A stretch of DNA of 64,000 nt from Chrysomallon squamiferum (Eukaryota > Animalia > Mollusca), in NCBI GenBank assembly GCA_012295275.1, contig CM022677.1, positions 6,944,001-7,008,000 on the forward strand. The letters run 5' to 3'. Made by a program: the position numbers and the translations under genes. Shown here in pieces: positions 1 through 15,629 of this stretch. The notes under the pieces were generated by a model that saw only the letters and a list, made by a program, of their open reading frames with translations, was not told the DNA's origin and made no database searches. The first letter of the stretch is position 1, and every line of letters begins with the position of its first letter.

Positions 1-210
1 TAATTTAACTGAAATAAAATAAAGTTTAATTATATTTATTTAAACAGTCTTGTTGGACCTCTATTTTTCATTGTATATATATATATATATTTTCTTTCTT
101 AAAGCAGTAACTTCCATTTTACTTTTAATTAAGTACATAAATTAATATATTTTATAAAAATTGACAACAAGTAAGATCAGTAATCTTTATGTGTTAATTT
201 TTGAACATAC

Positions 211-1257
211 ATTTTCTAAAGTACAGTCCTTTTCTCCCAACTGCTGTATCAATGTCACATTTTGTCTTTTTCTTTGCATCTACAGATACCATTATTTAAA
301 AAAAGAAAATTATATATAATAATAATATTAAAATATTCTCATATGACATTAAATGATTTATATTTTACAGTTTATAAAGTCTAGTTGTAAACTGAATTAC
401 CTGTCCATTATACTCAGCATTTGATTAGAAAACATTGAACTCATATGAGTTTCTGAGTTTGTACAAATTTCTTTTAACACCACAAACTGGAGAAGTGATT
501 CTTCTTCACTGAATTGTACTACAAGCCTGGTCAAGTGGTCATCCTTGGCCTGATAGAACTTTTTCTGGTCAGCAAGGGCTTGTTTATCCTGTAAAAATAA
601 TAAACAAAACTTATCACTGATAAATAAAATTGATTTACTTAAAAACTATAACATTTATCATTGGAAAGGATAGCAAATTATTATTTAAAAGTTACCTGAA
701 GTATTAAAAATTACAACTGATTTAGTCATAATAAATACATTTTACATCATCATTAAGACATCTCTTGAAAATTATCTGCTTGTCTGTTATTTTTTTTTAA
801 AATACAGAAGTTTATAATTTTTAGTGTTCATAATCAGCAAGTTTCTTCAGTTTTGTGGCAAACATTATAATTAACAAGATTGTTCACCATAAATAAACAA
901 AATAATATTTTGGAGGGACACAAAAGGAATTTACTTTATTTATCATGATACTTTTTTCTTGGATTTTAATAAAGAGTCCACTTTGCTTTTATCTTTTTTT
1001 AATCTTTTTTTTGCTAATTTCCAAAACATGGGTTATTGTACATAAGATTTTTGTTAATAATAACTTTTGTGTTTTACTTTCTTATGCAATATTAGTTTAA
1101 TTATATCTTTGAAACCTATAAAAAACAGCAGTTTCAAACCTTTGATCTGTAGAGAACATTCTACTCAGACAACATGGAGACAATGTGAGAATTCTGTCAC
1201 GTGAACTGACATGATCAACATCGTGGACAACATGGACTGCAGTGGAAGTTCAGTCAT
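211..1257 (-). CDS. Exon-like segments of an unidentified spliced gene or pseudogene (1140-1257, 401-588, 211-279)
   Basis: Three blocks bounded by ag/gt on the minus strand. 401-588 is open: DKQALADQKKFYQAKDDHLTRLVVQFSEEESLLQFVVLKEICTNSETHMSSMFSNQMLSIMDR (helical/coiled-coil-like). Splicing to 279 gives RCKEKDKM*. Family not recognised. Confidence 0.35.
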
Positions 1258-1613
1258 CTGTAAATATAACATAGAAGTATATTAAAACTTATAACATACA
1301 TATATATGATTAATAGTTTGTTAATTTTTTAATATACTAGTATTTTAATTGATGAAATGTTTTAATTACAACTAGTTTTAATAAATAAGAATCTGAAATG
1401 ATCCCAGAGCTCACTCTATCCTTGAAACATTACCGTTTCCCATTCCACACTCAGCTCCATTAATAATTTATCTTGTATTGTGTCTGTGCCGGTCTTAAAC
1501 CACCATTAATTTCTCACAGGATTTTGGAATAATGTTTTAAAGAAATAAAACATTTTATAAATTGTTAAATTCTAAATGAAAATTAGGATTATGTGAAATA
1601 CACAGATTTTATT

Positions 1614-1813
1614 NNNNNNNNNNNNNNNNNNNNNNNNNNNNNNNNNNNNNNNNNNNNNNNNNNNNNNNNNNNNNNNNNNNNNNNNNNNNNNNNNNNNNNN
1701 NNNNNNNNNNNNNNNNNNNNNNNNNNNNNNNNNNNNNNNNNNNNNNNNNNNNNNNNNNNNNNNNNNNNNNNNNNNNNNNNNNNNNNNNNNNNNNNNNNNN
1801 NNNNNNNNNNNNN
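1614..1813. other. Assembly gap (200 N)
   Basis: Exactly 200 N, a fixed-size scaffolding gap. Confidence 0.99.
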
Positions 1814-3065
1814 GAGACAGAGAAGAAGAAGAGACAGAGAGAGAGAAGAGAGAGAGAGAGAGAGAAAGGGAGAAAGACTGAGAGACAGAGAGCAGAAGAT
1901 ACTTGAGAGAGAGAGAGACAAAGAGACCGATAGAGACAGTTAGAGAGAGAGACAGAGAGAAAAAGAGAGAGAAAGAGAGACAGAGACAGAGAGAGAGAGA
2001 CAGAGAAAGACAGAGAATCAGAGAGAGAGACAGGCAGAGAAACTGAGAAAGAGAGAGAGAGAAAAAGAGAGGCAGAAAGAGAGACAGAGAGAAAGAAAGA
2101 GAGACAGAGACAGAGATACAGTGAGAGAAGGAGATAGAGAGAGAAAGAGAGTCAGAGGAAGAATGAGATAGAGCGAGAAAGAGAGAAAAAGAGAGACATG
2201 GACAGAGAGAGAGACAGAAAGAAAGAGTAAGAGAGATAAAGAGCAGAGAGAGAAAGATTCAGAGAGAAACAGAGTAAGAAAGACAGAGACAGAGAGAAAT
2301 ACACAGAGATTGAAAGAGTGACAGAGACAGAGAGAGATAGACAGACAAAGACAGAGACTCAGAGAGACAGAGAAAGACAGCGTCAGAGATGCATAGAGAG
2401 AACAGAGACAGGCAGAGAAACTGAGAAAGAGAGAGACAGAGAGAAAAAGAGAGAGACAGAAAGAGAGACAGAGGAAAAGAGACACAGATACAGTGAGAGA
2501 AGGAGACAGAGAGAGACAGGGAAAGATACTGAGAGAGACAGAGAGACAGAGAAAGGAGACACACAGAGAGAGATAAACAGAGAGACAGAGCAAAAGATAT
2601 TTGACAGAGAGAAAGGAGAGAGACGAGAGAGACAGACAAAGAGACAGAGACAGAGAGAAAAAGATAGTCAGAGAAAGAATGAGATAGAGCGAGAAAGAGA
2701 GAGAGACAGAGAGAGAGAGTCAGACAGAGAAAGAGAGAAGCAGAGAGTGAGAGTAAGAGAGATAAAAGAAAAAAGAGAGAGCAGAGAAGAAAGAGAGATA
2801 AAGAGAGAAACAGAGGAGAAAGACAGAGGCAAAAGATATACACAGAGATAGAAAGAGTGACAGAGAGAGAGAGACAGAGAAAACAGAGTCAGAGGTGCAG
2901 ATAGAGAAACAGACACAGAGAGAGACAGGGCAGAGAAACTGAGAAAGAGAGTGAGGCAGAAAGAGAGACAGAGAGACAGAGATAAGCGAGAAAAGGAGAC
3001 AGAGACAGAGAGAGAAAGGGAAAGATACTGAGAGAGACAGAGAGACAGAGAGAGGAGAGGAGAGG

Positions 3066-3147
<82 letters not shown>

Positions 3148-3260
3148 AAGAGAAAGTGAGACAGGGACAGAGAGACAAAGAGAGACACAGAGAGAGTCGG
3201 AGAGATTCACACAGAGAGAGACAGAGCGAGAAAGACAGAGAAAGACAGAGAGAGAGAGAT
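1814..3260. repeat. Degenerate (AG)n/GACA purine-rich low-complexity satellite
   Basis: ~1.45 kb of AG/AGAC motifs ending in near-pure (AG)n; source of the SLSL/ERER ORFs. Confidence 0.95.
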
Positions 3261-3775
3261 ACATGATACAAATTATGAAATGAGTTGTTTATTGTAAAGT
3301 TCGTTCTCAAGAGAGTAGTACAGTAGATTCATGGATAATAAGTTTACATACGAATTGTTTTTAAAACTTTTACTTGCGCCTTTAATTGCGTTTAGTCTCG
3401 TGATTACATACATTGTATTGTCCCTAATTATTATCTGCAACACCTTTCTGGAGTGGGATCCAGGTTGTAACCGAGTTTGTGCATTTCAGAAGATTAAAGA
3501 TCAGATATTTATAGCACACAGTCACACACACAGACATACACGCGCGCGCGCGTCACAACGCCACTAAATATTTGAAATACTGAAGACTGAAAAATCAAGC
3601 TACGTGTGTAAAGAAAGTTATGAATATTCAAAGTTGTAAGGCACGTCTCTTTTTTCTTTTTAATCATAATAAAATGCAGTAATAAAGTTCAAACGTTAAT
3701 TATGTGAAATTAATATTAAAATAATACTAATACTAATATTACTACTACTACTAAATACTAAATAAATAAATAAAA

Positions 3776-4020
3776 TTGTGGTGGAGAAATGAAGGCAGCT
3801 GGAAGTAAAGGGAAAAACGGTGAAATCCTCCCAACTCGCGCAGGAAATGTTTTTTTCTGTTATACAGATTTGAATAACAACGTCCATTGCAATCTTTCTC
3901 TGTGAAGTATAAATATATAATAAAAAGCCAAGACTAAAGAAAATAATAAATAAAATAAACGCGTAGAATGTTCTCGGTGTTGATCGCTAGATCATGTAGA
4001 TCACACGCCAAAGTAGCACC
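3776..4020 (+). mobile_element. Truncated Merlin/IS1595-like DNA transposon remnant (right half only)
   Basis: Translates CGGEMKAAGSKGKNGEILPTRAGNVFFCYTDLNNNVHCNLSL* and ends gatcacacgccaaagtagcacc, the same right end as the 38060-38601 element. Confidence 0.5.
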
Positions 4021-4349
4021 AAATACTCTATTAATCATATACATTTAAAATCTAATATAACTGCAATTACTCTATACTTCTGCTGCTGCTACTACTACTA
4101 TTTTAACTGCTCCTGCTATTAAGAAATTAAAAAGAAAAACATTCTGTTACTAATATTCAAATTGTTTGACGGTATGTAAAAAAATGCTAAGGGAAATAAT
4201 TCAGTCAAGAAGAAACACCATATACAGCTTGAATCGCCTACCGTTTTCAATTTTGTATAATAACATAGATAAACCGTATACCCCCCGTTAAAGTTGATAT
4301 TTTAACCATTATTTTAAATTTGTTTCTTTACCAAAAGAAAGGAAATATA

Positions 4350-4391
<42 letters not shown>

Positions 4392-5548
4392 AGAGAAGAA
4401 AATAAACAAATAGTAATAATAAAAATAGAAAATTAAAAAAATTAATAATTTCACCGTCTTACATGGTGTGTCATGTTATTGTTTTAATATTTTTGTTTTA
4501 CTTTTTCTTTTTAATAACGTTTACAGTTAAATTTGCAACATAAATTAAAAACGTGAAGACTAAGTGTATAATGTCTTCTAATAAAAATTATAATAAACTC
4601 AATTTTTTATTCTCTTATTTTATTTATCTTTAGTTACTATATTAGATAATCATTACTGTTTTTTTCTGTGTTCTTACTTACTTACTTACTTACTTTATTT
4701 ATTTATTTATTTATTTATTTATGTTTGTTTGTTTTACTTTTTTTATTTAATATTTTAATATAGGTTATTTCGTGTTGTTAGGAAACAAATCGTAAGATTC
4801 TCACAAATCCGTTAATATCTTTCTTTACGTACAATCACTTCGCTCTGTATATCCAATTTGATATAAATAAACCTCAATCATCTAAAATAAATACTGTTGA
4901 AATAAATAATCAATTTTGTTGATTAAGTATTCCTTTTAGTTTATTATTTAGCAAAACAGAATAAAATATTAGTAAATGCTTGTAATCGAGTTAAAGCGAA
5001 AAACATTTATAATCTAAGGGGAATAACTCGCGCAACGAGTCATGTCACAGAATTTATATGAAATTAATTTAAATTATACTTAGTATTTAATTCAGTACGA
5101 TTATTCGTCTTTATTTCTTAAACTATTTCTTTTTCTACTGCTACACTAGTACTTTTATTATTATTTTTAAAATAATTAAATAGTATCTCAAATACACCAT
5201 AAACACATTTAATATAATTTCTTCATAATTTCTTTACTTATCCATTAAATGTTTTAAATGGGTTAAACATTTTAACAAGAGTCAGTTTAAATACACATTT
5301 TCTTTATCAATCTAGATGTTACAGGTTTTTCGTTGTTGTCTTTCAATTATTTGTTCTGCTATTGAGAAATGGTTACACTAATTGTTACTTCGCTTCATTG
5401 TTATAATTACTTAATAACACTTAACTAAACAAATAGACACCTAGATTCGAAAATATATCATTATTATATTTTGTTATTGCTGTTAATGTTATTATTAATG
5501 GGCAACAGAGTTATTTCCCTTAGACTACCTAGTCTATGAAATTGAGTA

Positions 5549-5591
<43 letters not shown>

Positions 5592-7719
5592 TGTTATTGT
5601 TATTATCATTGTTGTTATTATTATGATTATTATTATTATTATCTCTAATTGTTCATTTTTTCATATTAATATTACTTTACTAAAAATGTAATATTTCTTT
5701 ATTCAGAGCAAAATTAAGATAAAGAATTTAAATTTTTCACTAAAATATATATATTATTTGTATTAGAGAATAGAGATTTGGGTTTCACTATTCTAAGTTT
5801 GTATGTTTCATACAGATTTCAGATACATGTAAATACTGTTTTTCAGCCGTTTCATATAGATAATTATTAAAATTTCAAAAATATAATGATTTCTAGAGCG
5901 TGATATCTAACATCACTTCGGTTTAAAAGTTTAATTGTGTGTATGTTTGTTTGTGGGTGTGGCTGTGTGTGTGTGTGTGTGTGTGAGTGTGTGTGTGTTT
6001 CATCGATATATTTTGTTTGTTTATTTTTTGATATTATTGTTACGGTTGTTATTGTTATTATTATAGTACATAATTATTTTTATTATTTTTGTTATTTTTA
6101 ATATTGTTGTTGTAGCTGTTGTTTTTACTGTTTTTTTACTTTTCTTTAGGTAAAATTATTAATTTAATTAGGAGAGAAAGAGAGAGACAAAAGATGAGAG
6201 AATGAGGGTGTGATAGACAGACAGAAAAAGACAGACAGAAAGAGAAAGACAGAGAGACAATAGAAAGCGAATGAAAGAGTCTCAGAAAAAGAGTGTACAC
6301 GAGTGAGAGAGTGTGTGAATGTAAAATGTAAAATGCGAGATACGTAGCGATATAAACAGGTTATGGCTGTTCTTACTTTTGAAAAAGGCGGTTTGACATT
6401 TTGTCAGTGACACAGAAAACAGAGGAGCAGAATATGAATTCCCCGGGAACATAATGTACTGTATTTTAGTGACTAAATAATTCCCTATAGATTCCTGATA
6501 TTTACAAAGTCTAGTTACTAACATTTTATTAAATGTATTTATTTCAAACTTAATGAAAACAACTAATTACCGATTGTTATTATTATTACTACTAATTATT
6601 GACTGTAATTAACAAAAGTAAATGTTGCTTAAACAGATAGGTATTCAATTTTATTTATTAACAGATCATTATATTTTTATTATTTAACAAAACCTTCAAA
6701 ATAAAATATTACTAAATGTTTATAACTGAGTTAAAGCGAAAACCATTCATCGTCTAAGGGGAATAACTCGGGCAACGAAAAATGTGTACATGTAATATAT
6801 GAAATGAAGTTAAATTATATCTAATATTTAATTGATCACGATTACTCGTTTTTATTTCTGAAACCGTTTTATTTTTTTTTCTATAATCGTCTGTTATGTG
6901 AATAATTCTCGTTTTTATATTTTATATTTATTTAGCTTCGCTGAATAATTAAACACTATATCTCCCATACACCATAAAAAATGTAATATAATTTTTTCTT
7001 AATTCCTTTACTTCTTTCTCCATTAACAGTTTTATATGCTGTAAAATTTTAAACAATAATCAGTTTAAATACACATTTTTCTTTATCAATCTAGATGTTA
7101 CAGGTTTTTCGTTGTTGTCTTGCAATTATTTGTTCTGCTATTGAGAAATGGTTACATTAATTGTTACTTCGCTTCATTGTCATAACTACTTAATAGCACT
7201 TAACTAAACAAATTAAATGAAAATATATCATCATTATTACTTTTTTATAGAGTTTTCATTTGTTAAAATTTGTTTTGTTGTATTAATTACGATGTATTAT
7301 TAAAGGATAACATAGTTATTTCCCTTAGACTACCTAGTCTATGAAATTGACTAATAATAATAATAATAATAATAACAAAATAATGTGTGTGTGTTGTCCT
7401 ATTTATATCACTGTAATGTGTGTTAGTGTGTGTGTGTCTGTGTGTGTGCGTGTGCGTGTGTGTTAATATATATCAATATGCATACTATCTCTGTCACTGT
7501 GTGTGTGTTGTGTGAGAAAGAGAACAGGCCTCTTGTTCGTATCAGAAAGAAGCAGATAGACCGAGATCTGTAGACAGAAATTCACACAGAAACAAAAACA
7601 GTTTTAAATTCGTTTAATATATCACAACAAGCACTAAAAATAATTATATTTATATGTAATGTATGTGAAAATGTTATATTATGTTTTGAGAGGGAAATTG
7701 AATGTGTATGTAAACATAA

Positions 7720-7812
<93 letters not shown>

Positions 7813-9249
7813 ATAAATACATTTGCGTTGTAAAGTATCAAAATGGAAATTCGTAATTTACCAAGACCTTTTTACAGATTAAAATATTTAAATTATCAAA
7901 ATTAAAATGCGTGCATGAATGAAAAAGATATACTTTCATTTGATGAAAAAAGTAATGTTGTTTTATTACTCTAAGCATTAAAAGATAAGTTGAAATACAT
8001 TTTATTTGTTTAAATAAAATAAACATAATATTAATAATAATAATGACATAATGATGATGATGATAAAAATACGTAGCATTAGTAATAGCAGTAGTAATAA
8101 TATCATTGATCATAATATCAATAATGATGATGACGATGATGATGATTATTATTATTTAATGGATAGTTAAGTTGAATGATCAGATACAGATGCAAAAGTT
8201 TAAGTTTAAATTAACAGTTTGAATCAGTTCTTTGATAAAAAAAAATAGCACATACCTTTATTCTTCTTAAAATTTTGTTTGGTCAAGAAATGTGGTTAAT
8301 TTCTGATTACTAATCATACATCAGACCGCAAACACACACTCATACGCACACACACACACACACATATACACACACCCACCGATACACACAGGCATACACA
8401 GATACTCATAGACACCAGCAAATAATGCTTTATAAAATAAGTACGTAAAAAAAGCTTCATAATACAATGATTAGTCTTGCATCAAGCCAATCACAAACCT
8501 AAGAAGTGTGAAACTTTACAATATAAATTTAAATTACAGTTTTCAAGAAATTAGAGAACAGTAAATTTAAACAAACATTTGTTTCTGCTTTACATTAATA
8601 CATAAAACCATAATATAATTTGTTTTTAACTTGAGAAAATAAAGTTCATTGTCTGCTACATAATCTGGAGCGAAAACGTTATATTGTAATCCTTAAGACA
8701 TATATGCATACAAAATAAAATATAAACATAACTGAACCATAGAGTCAGTCCCTCCATGTCACATACCTAAAGGGTGATTTTGCTGAAATTTGATAGTTGG
8801 TTTTGACAACAAAACTAGTCATAATCAGTTCATTCGGCCTTTTTACTTTGTAATCAGTGTGTCCAATGTGTGGAAATTGATCAGTAATTTGATAAGATTC
8901 CAAATCTCTTAGTATAAGCTAAATTGTAGTAATATTTTGACCTTTTGAAGTCTATCACGTGCTCCAATGACTCCAATACACTATCATTAAAAATTCCTAG
9001 GTATAATCACTTTTGCAGTAAAATACACTTAAAGTGGACATACCTGGCCCATAGTGCCAATTCGATCTTTAATTCTATAATGCTGTTGGAAATGTGACAT
9101 ATATTCATTACTTTATTAAAGGGGTAGTTGTGATATAAATTGAGTGAGTGTATACAATTCATACAACAGCTCTAAAACTTGCAGTATGGCAGTAACTTTA
9201 AATTATCAAAATTACAAAATACCAATGTAAATTAATGTGTGTATCTTTG

Positions 9250-10662
9250 TGTGAATGCATCTTAAAATCTACAGAATGCGATAACTCAGTTTCTGTTTAA
9301 TTTATTTATTTCAAAACTTAATAAAAACAAATAATTGCCGGCTAATATTGATTGTAATTAATACAAATAAATTTGGCTTAAATTAGATAAATTTAATGAA
9401 TATACATATATATTAAATTATGTTTAAAGATAAATGTATGTGTGTATGTTTATATGTGCATGTGTATGTGTGTGTGTGTGTATGTGTGTGTGTGTGTGTG
9501 TATTATTTCTATCATATATGTGTGTGTGTGCGTGTGTTTACTACCTATCACTATAGGTATGTTATGTGTATATGTATTAATGAAAATAGTTTATATTTGT
9601 ATGCTTGTATATATTGCAAAGTAGAAATGTGTCTGCTTCCCACTTCATAATGTTAAGAACGCTTTGAATTCTAGTATTCTAGTGTTTAAGAGCGGGAGGG
9701 AGAGAGATTGTTATTTTTGTTGTTATTATTACTAGAAATAAAATTTGCTGTCTTAATGACTGATTTGCTATGTAATATTATTTACTTAAACAAATAGCGT
9801 CAGCCTCTATACATGTGACCTATCTCTTATTTTTATTCATATAACTGATGTATTTGACTTATCACAAATACAAATGAACATTCAGAGGTCGCTGATAAAA
9901 AGTCAGATCTGAAGTAAACAGACTGAGTCTATTCATTTTTGTTACTTCAGATCAGTTCACAGTTTTGTGAACCCATGTTTATTTCTGACATTTTGCCTGC
10001 CATTCAGTTTCATTTCATTTCTTTCTTTCTCTCTTTCTTTTTGTCTTTCTTTATTTCTTTGTTTGTTTTGCTCTTTCTTCTTCTTCTTCTTCTTGAATTT
10101 AATTGAATTACGCATTCATAGAAATTGTAGTAGATGGTCAGTGGTCTGCATGGACAATACCCAGGAATGTAGTGATATTAGCAAAAACACTGTGAAAAAA
10201 ATAATAAAAAGTCAATTTATTTCTGTTCATAGCAAGAATGAGTAAAACAAAAACGTTCCTATAATTTTGGCCTGTTGTTTCAAGCTTTATGTTTGTCTGC
10301 GATGCTGCTAATATTTATTCTGGAAATTTTAAGGATAAAATCTTAAAAAGCCCCGGTAATTTACAACACAACTTCTGGAAATAGTGTACATGAGTGTACA
10401 TGTGCTGACATGGATATTATGAAATCAAGTAAAGACGATGTGAATTTAGTGGAATTAATAACACAGACACTGTCATTCAGCCTTGTTCTGGAGATTTCTG
10501 TGGTAAGAATAAATAATTATATAAAATAAATATAGTAAAATAAATCTGGATACAGGAGTGTTATAATAATATTAAAATTAATGAGTTAGATATTGCTAAG
10601 AATTAAATACATAGGTTAACAACAACAGAAAGAATGCCAATACTCTGTTTATCGACCTGTGA

Positions 10663-10702
<40 letters not shown>

Positions 10703-10844
10703 AAACTTATTTCATATACCGCTAGTTCGGATAAGAAATAAAGAGATAAACTGAGATAGGCAGATAACTAATCTCACACAAAGACACAAAGAAGTCCGTT
10801 TGCCGAGGAACAGCAAGGAAAATCATAAGTTCCTTAATTAATTA

Positions 10845-10870
<26 letters not shown>
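9250..10870 (+). repeat. Local repeat unit, recurring at ~14030-15800 and partially at ~12310-12930, 15800-16240 and 53400-54130
   Basis: Shared text such as ctacagaatgcgat, gagcgggagggagagagattgtt and cattcagaggtcgctgataaaaagtc. Confidence 0.85.
10122..10502 (+). pseudogene. TSP1-repeat and EGF-like pseudo-exon fragments
   Basis: After acceptor ttcatag: IVVDGQWSAWT fused by deletion to QECSDISKNT. Then YNTTSGNSVHECTCAD/GYYEI (EGF-like, frameshifted) and EFSGINNTDTVIQPCSGDFCG followed by donor gtaag. Confidence 0.6.
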
Positions 10871-10904
<34 letters not shown>

Positions 10905-11218
10905 AAGAAGAAGAAGAAAATAATAATCTTTCTGACAATCTGAAATCTGAAGTGACATATTATTTGTTTGCTTATACTCCAGTGTTATTCTCATTGGATG
11001 TTTATATAAAATTACCATAATAATATAATATCAAGAAATATGATAATATATTTAATTGTATTTATATCCCCTCCTACTTAAACGTTTAAAAATATATTTT
11101 TATTTTGCTTTCTTCTTGTGATGATTATTAATTAATTAAAAATATTAACGAGATTGTTTCTTTATTTATTCATATTCATATTATTCATATTCTTCTTCTT
11201 CTTCTTCTTCTTCTTCTA

Positions 11219-11284
<66 letters not shown>

Positions 11285-11781
11285 TTCCCTTTGGTTATTT
11301 GTTTGTCTCATTGTTTCAGATCTGTTATTTTATTGTATAACAGGGTCGCGACAACACTGATTCACAGCAATAAGCACAATAGTAACAATAGTCAAGTGTC
11401 TGAATAGATTTCACGTTAATTCTAACAGCCCAGCTTAAACGAACACGTTGTCTTCTTCTTTACCAAGATTTAGCACAAGACATTTTGAAATCCTATTTCG
11501 TATTTTAAACTGAGAGTAAACCCCCAAAAGAACTCTACTATCTCCATCACAATACGTGTGCGTGTGTTTGTACTATTTATATCACTATACGGGTGTTTGT
11601 GTATGCCGTACTAATAATAATGATGAAAAATTAATAGTAATTATCATGATGACAATGATTTAGACTATATAAAAACATACAAACATGCCCATGCGAGAAT
11701 GTACAGAAACCAGTCAGCCGTAATATGTTAATATATCTAAGTATGTCGATTTCTACACTTTACATGTATATACGTATTAAT

Positions 11782-11907
<126 letters not shown>

Positions 11908-13161
11908 TACTAACTATCTGTATTTGTGTATCCTTACTTTATTTCATATACATATTAAAATATTTGCTTACTAAAAACGTAATATTTCTTTATTCGTGCT
12001 GTTCAGAGAAAAAATATTATCAAGAATTTAATTTTGATATGTGATACGTTATTTATTATAATTAGAGAAAGAGAGGCACAGATTTGGGTTTCACTTGCGT
12101 AAATTTGTATGTTTTCATTCCTCTGTAAAAATATAATATAAAAATTTCAAATACATGTAAATACTGTTTCTCATCTTTTTAAAATAGATACCTTATTAAA
12201 ATTTCACAAATTCTAACGATTTACTGATTCATAATATAATATCAGTTCTGTTTAAGAGTTAAATTATGTATGCTTTTCTTTGCGTCTATTCATGTGTGTG
12301 TGTGAGTGTTACAGAATGCGAAAACTGAGATTCTATTTAATTTATTTATTTCAAAACTTAACAAAAACAATTAATTATCGGTTAATATTGATTGTAATTA
12401 ATACAAATAAATATTGCTTAAATCAAATTTAATGAATAGATATATTTTTAATTCTGTTTAAAGACAAATGTAGACGCAGTGTAAACTATCTCTGTGTGTA
12501 TGTTTGTGAATGTGTGTGAATATATATTTATATATATATATATCTGTATGTGTGTACTATTTCTATATATGTGTGTATGTGTGTGTTTGTGTGTACTGTC
12601 TCTATCGCTATAGTTATGTGTATCTGTGTGAATGTAAAAAGATTAGGTGTGTATGCTTGCATATATCCTAAATGTATAAATCTGTCTGCTTCTCACTTCA
12701 TAATTTGAATTCTAGAACGTAAGTGTTTAAGAGCGGGAGAAAGAGAGATTGTTGATTTTGTTGTTATTATTAATGCAAAAATTTGCTGTGTAACTGACTG
12801 CATTAGGGATATAATATTATTTACTGAAACAAATTGTGACAAACTCTATACATGGATTTATGTTTTTGTAATTATCGTGTGACTTTGTGACCTATCTCTT
12901 ATTTGTATTCATATAATTGATGCATTGGTCTTAACCCCGCTTGTTCTGATGAGAAAAAAGACTGTCTGAGATAGGTAGGTAGATATAAAGAACAAAAACA
13001 AAAACTTGTATACGGGACTAGTGTTTCATTATATTTGTATGTGAAATGTTTTGCAAAGTATCTATATAAAGAGATTCAAAGAGAGTATTTATTTCAAATT
13101 GTTACGTTTTGAGACGGAAAAGAAATGTTTATGTAAACAGACAAACATACACAAGTAAAAC

Positions 13162-13294
<133 letters not shown>

Positions 13295-14648
13295 ATGTTT
13301 CACTGATTGTAATATTTGAATTATGAACATTAATACATCGATATATGAATGAAACAAATAAACACTTTTATTTGATAAAAGAACTAATGTTGTTTGTTAA
13401 CTCTAAGGTTTAAAATAATAATGTAGAAATACTTTTTTTTTAAGTAACGAAAAATACTAATTAAAAATAAATAGTGATCATGAAGTATAAATTCTTGATT
13501 TTATTTCTGCTCTAAAGGAATAAAGAAATATTCTTTCCTTCTAAATGAAGAAAGATTTTAACATGTTTCAAAGAAACAACAAATATAGACAGCGGGTTAC
13601 TACAGACTTAGTGTGTTTTGTTTGTACTCAGTTTCAGTCACACGGTGTATCTTGGCTCACTACTTTTTTGCTGGTGTCTATTTAACTTTGGTATAGGTAA
13701 AATTGTTAATCTTGTTAGGAGAGAAGAGAGACAGTGAGAGTAGAGAGGGAGTGAGAGACAGAACAGAAAGGGAGTGAGAGACAGAACTGAGAGAGAGAGA
13801 AAGAGCGGTAGAATGACAGAGACAGAGAGTTTGAGCAAGAGTGAGAGAATGAGTGAGAATGTAAAACGCAACATACCTAGCTATATGAACAAGTCATGGC
13901 TGACTGCCTTCTGTATTAGGAATATCAGTTCATATTTCGTCAGTCACCTAGGAAACAGAGACGTAGAATACCGCGGGAAAATTATCTCTATCCTACTGTA
14001 GCGCGTAGGAAATTCCCTACAGCTTCTTAAAATCTACAGAATGCGACAGATTTTATTCATTTTATTTATTTTAAAACTTAATAAAAACAAATAATTGCCG
14101 GCTAACATTGATTGTAGTTAATACAAATAAAATAACTCGAATAAATTTAATGAATATATATATATTCTAGAATGTAAGTGTTTAATAGCGGGAGGGAGAG
14201 AGATTGTTATTTTTGATGTTATTATTACTAGAAATAAAATGTTCTGTGTTAATGACTGATTGCTATGTAATATTATTTACTTAGACAAACTGCGTCAGCC
14301 TCTATACATGGATTTATATTTTTATAATTGTTGTGGTACTATGTGACCTATCTCTTATTTTTATTCATATAACTGATGTATTTGGCTTACACAAATACAA
14401 ATGAACATTCAGAGGTCGCTGATAAAAAGTCACATCTGAAGGAAACACCTGAGTCTATTCATTTTTGTTACTTCAGATCAGTTCACAGCTTTGTGGATCC
14501 CATGTTTATTTTTGACATTTTGCCTGTCATTCAGTTTCATTTCATTTCTTTATTTCTCTCTTTCTTTTTGTCTTTCTTTATTTCTTTGTTTGTTTAGCTC
14601 TTTCTTCTTCTCCTTCTTCTTGAATTTTATTTAATTACGCATTCATAG

Positions 14649-15019
14649 AAATTGTAGTAGATGGTCAGTGGTCTGCGTGGACAATACCCAGGAATGTAGT
14701 GATATTAGCAAAAACACTATGAAAAAAATAACAAAAAGTCAATTTATTTCTGTTCATAGCAAGAATGAGTAAAATAAAAACGTTCCTATAATTTTGGCCT
14801 GTTGTTTCAAGCTTTATGTTTGTCTGCGATGCTGCTAATATTTATTCTGGAAATTTTAAGGATAAAATCTTAAAAAGCCCCGGTAATTTACAACACAACT
14901 TCTGGAAATAGTGTACATGTACTGACATGGATATTATGAAATCAAGTAAAGACGATGTGAATTTAGTGGAATTAATAACACAGACACTGTCATTCAGCCT
15001 TGTTCTGGAGATTTCTGTG
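14649..15019 (+). pseudogene. Second copy of the TSP1/EGF-like pseudo-exon fragments
   Basis: Near-identical to 10122-10502 (VDGQWSAWT...QPCSGDFCG|gtaag) with an extra small deletion. Confidence 0.6.
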
Positions 15020-15180
15020 GTAAGAATAAATAATTATATAAAATAAATATAGTAAAATAAATCTGGATACAGGAGTGTTATAATAATATTAAAATTAATG
15101 AGTTAGATATTGCTAAGAATTAAATACATAGGTTAACAACAACAGAAAGAATGCCAATACTCTGTCTATCGACCTGTGAG

Positions 15181-15233
15181 TCTGTGTGTGTGTGTGTGTG
15201 TATGTGTGTGTGTGTGTGTATGTGTGTGTGTGT

Positions 15234-15326
<93 letters not shown>

Positions 15327-15419
15327 TGTGTATGTGTGTATATGTGTGTGTGTATGTGTGTGTGTGTATGTGTGTATGTGTGTGTATGTGTGTTTGTGTG
15401 TGTGTATGTGTGTGTGTAT

Positions 15420-15482
<63 letters not shown>

Positions 15483-15485
15483 TGT

Positions 15486-15574
<89 letters not shown>

Positions 15575-15588
15575 TGTGTATGTGTGTA

Positions 15589-15628
<40 letters not shown>
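15181..15628. repeat. Long (TG)n/(TATG) microsatellite followed by (AG)n
   Basis: ~420 bp TG run; the paralogous site at ~10665-10700 has only a short run. Confidence 0.97.

Positions 15629-15629
<1 letters not shown>

Noticed and set aside
1589-1943. ORFs spanning X runs (also 27938-28348)
   Set aside because: Artefacts of the N gaps.
2018-3310. Long SLSL/ERER ORFs (also 35349-37360, 15151-15679, 29352-29635 and poly-I/L ORFs)
   Set aside because: Translations of AG, TG and AAT microsatellites, open only because the repeats lack stops.
8738-9170. Unique-looking block (also 43220-43640) as a MITE
   Set aside because: No inverted termini or TSD could be identified by eye.
10440-10502. TDTVIQPC read as a TNFR cysteine-rich domain
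   Set aside because: The DNA resembles the TSP1 end gaatgtagtggaatta seen at ~18095, and C.G....C....C fits a TSP1 C-terminus better.
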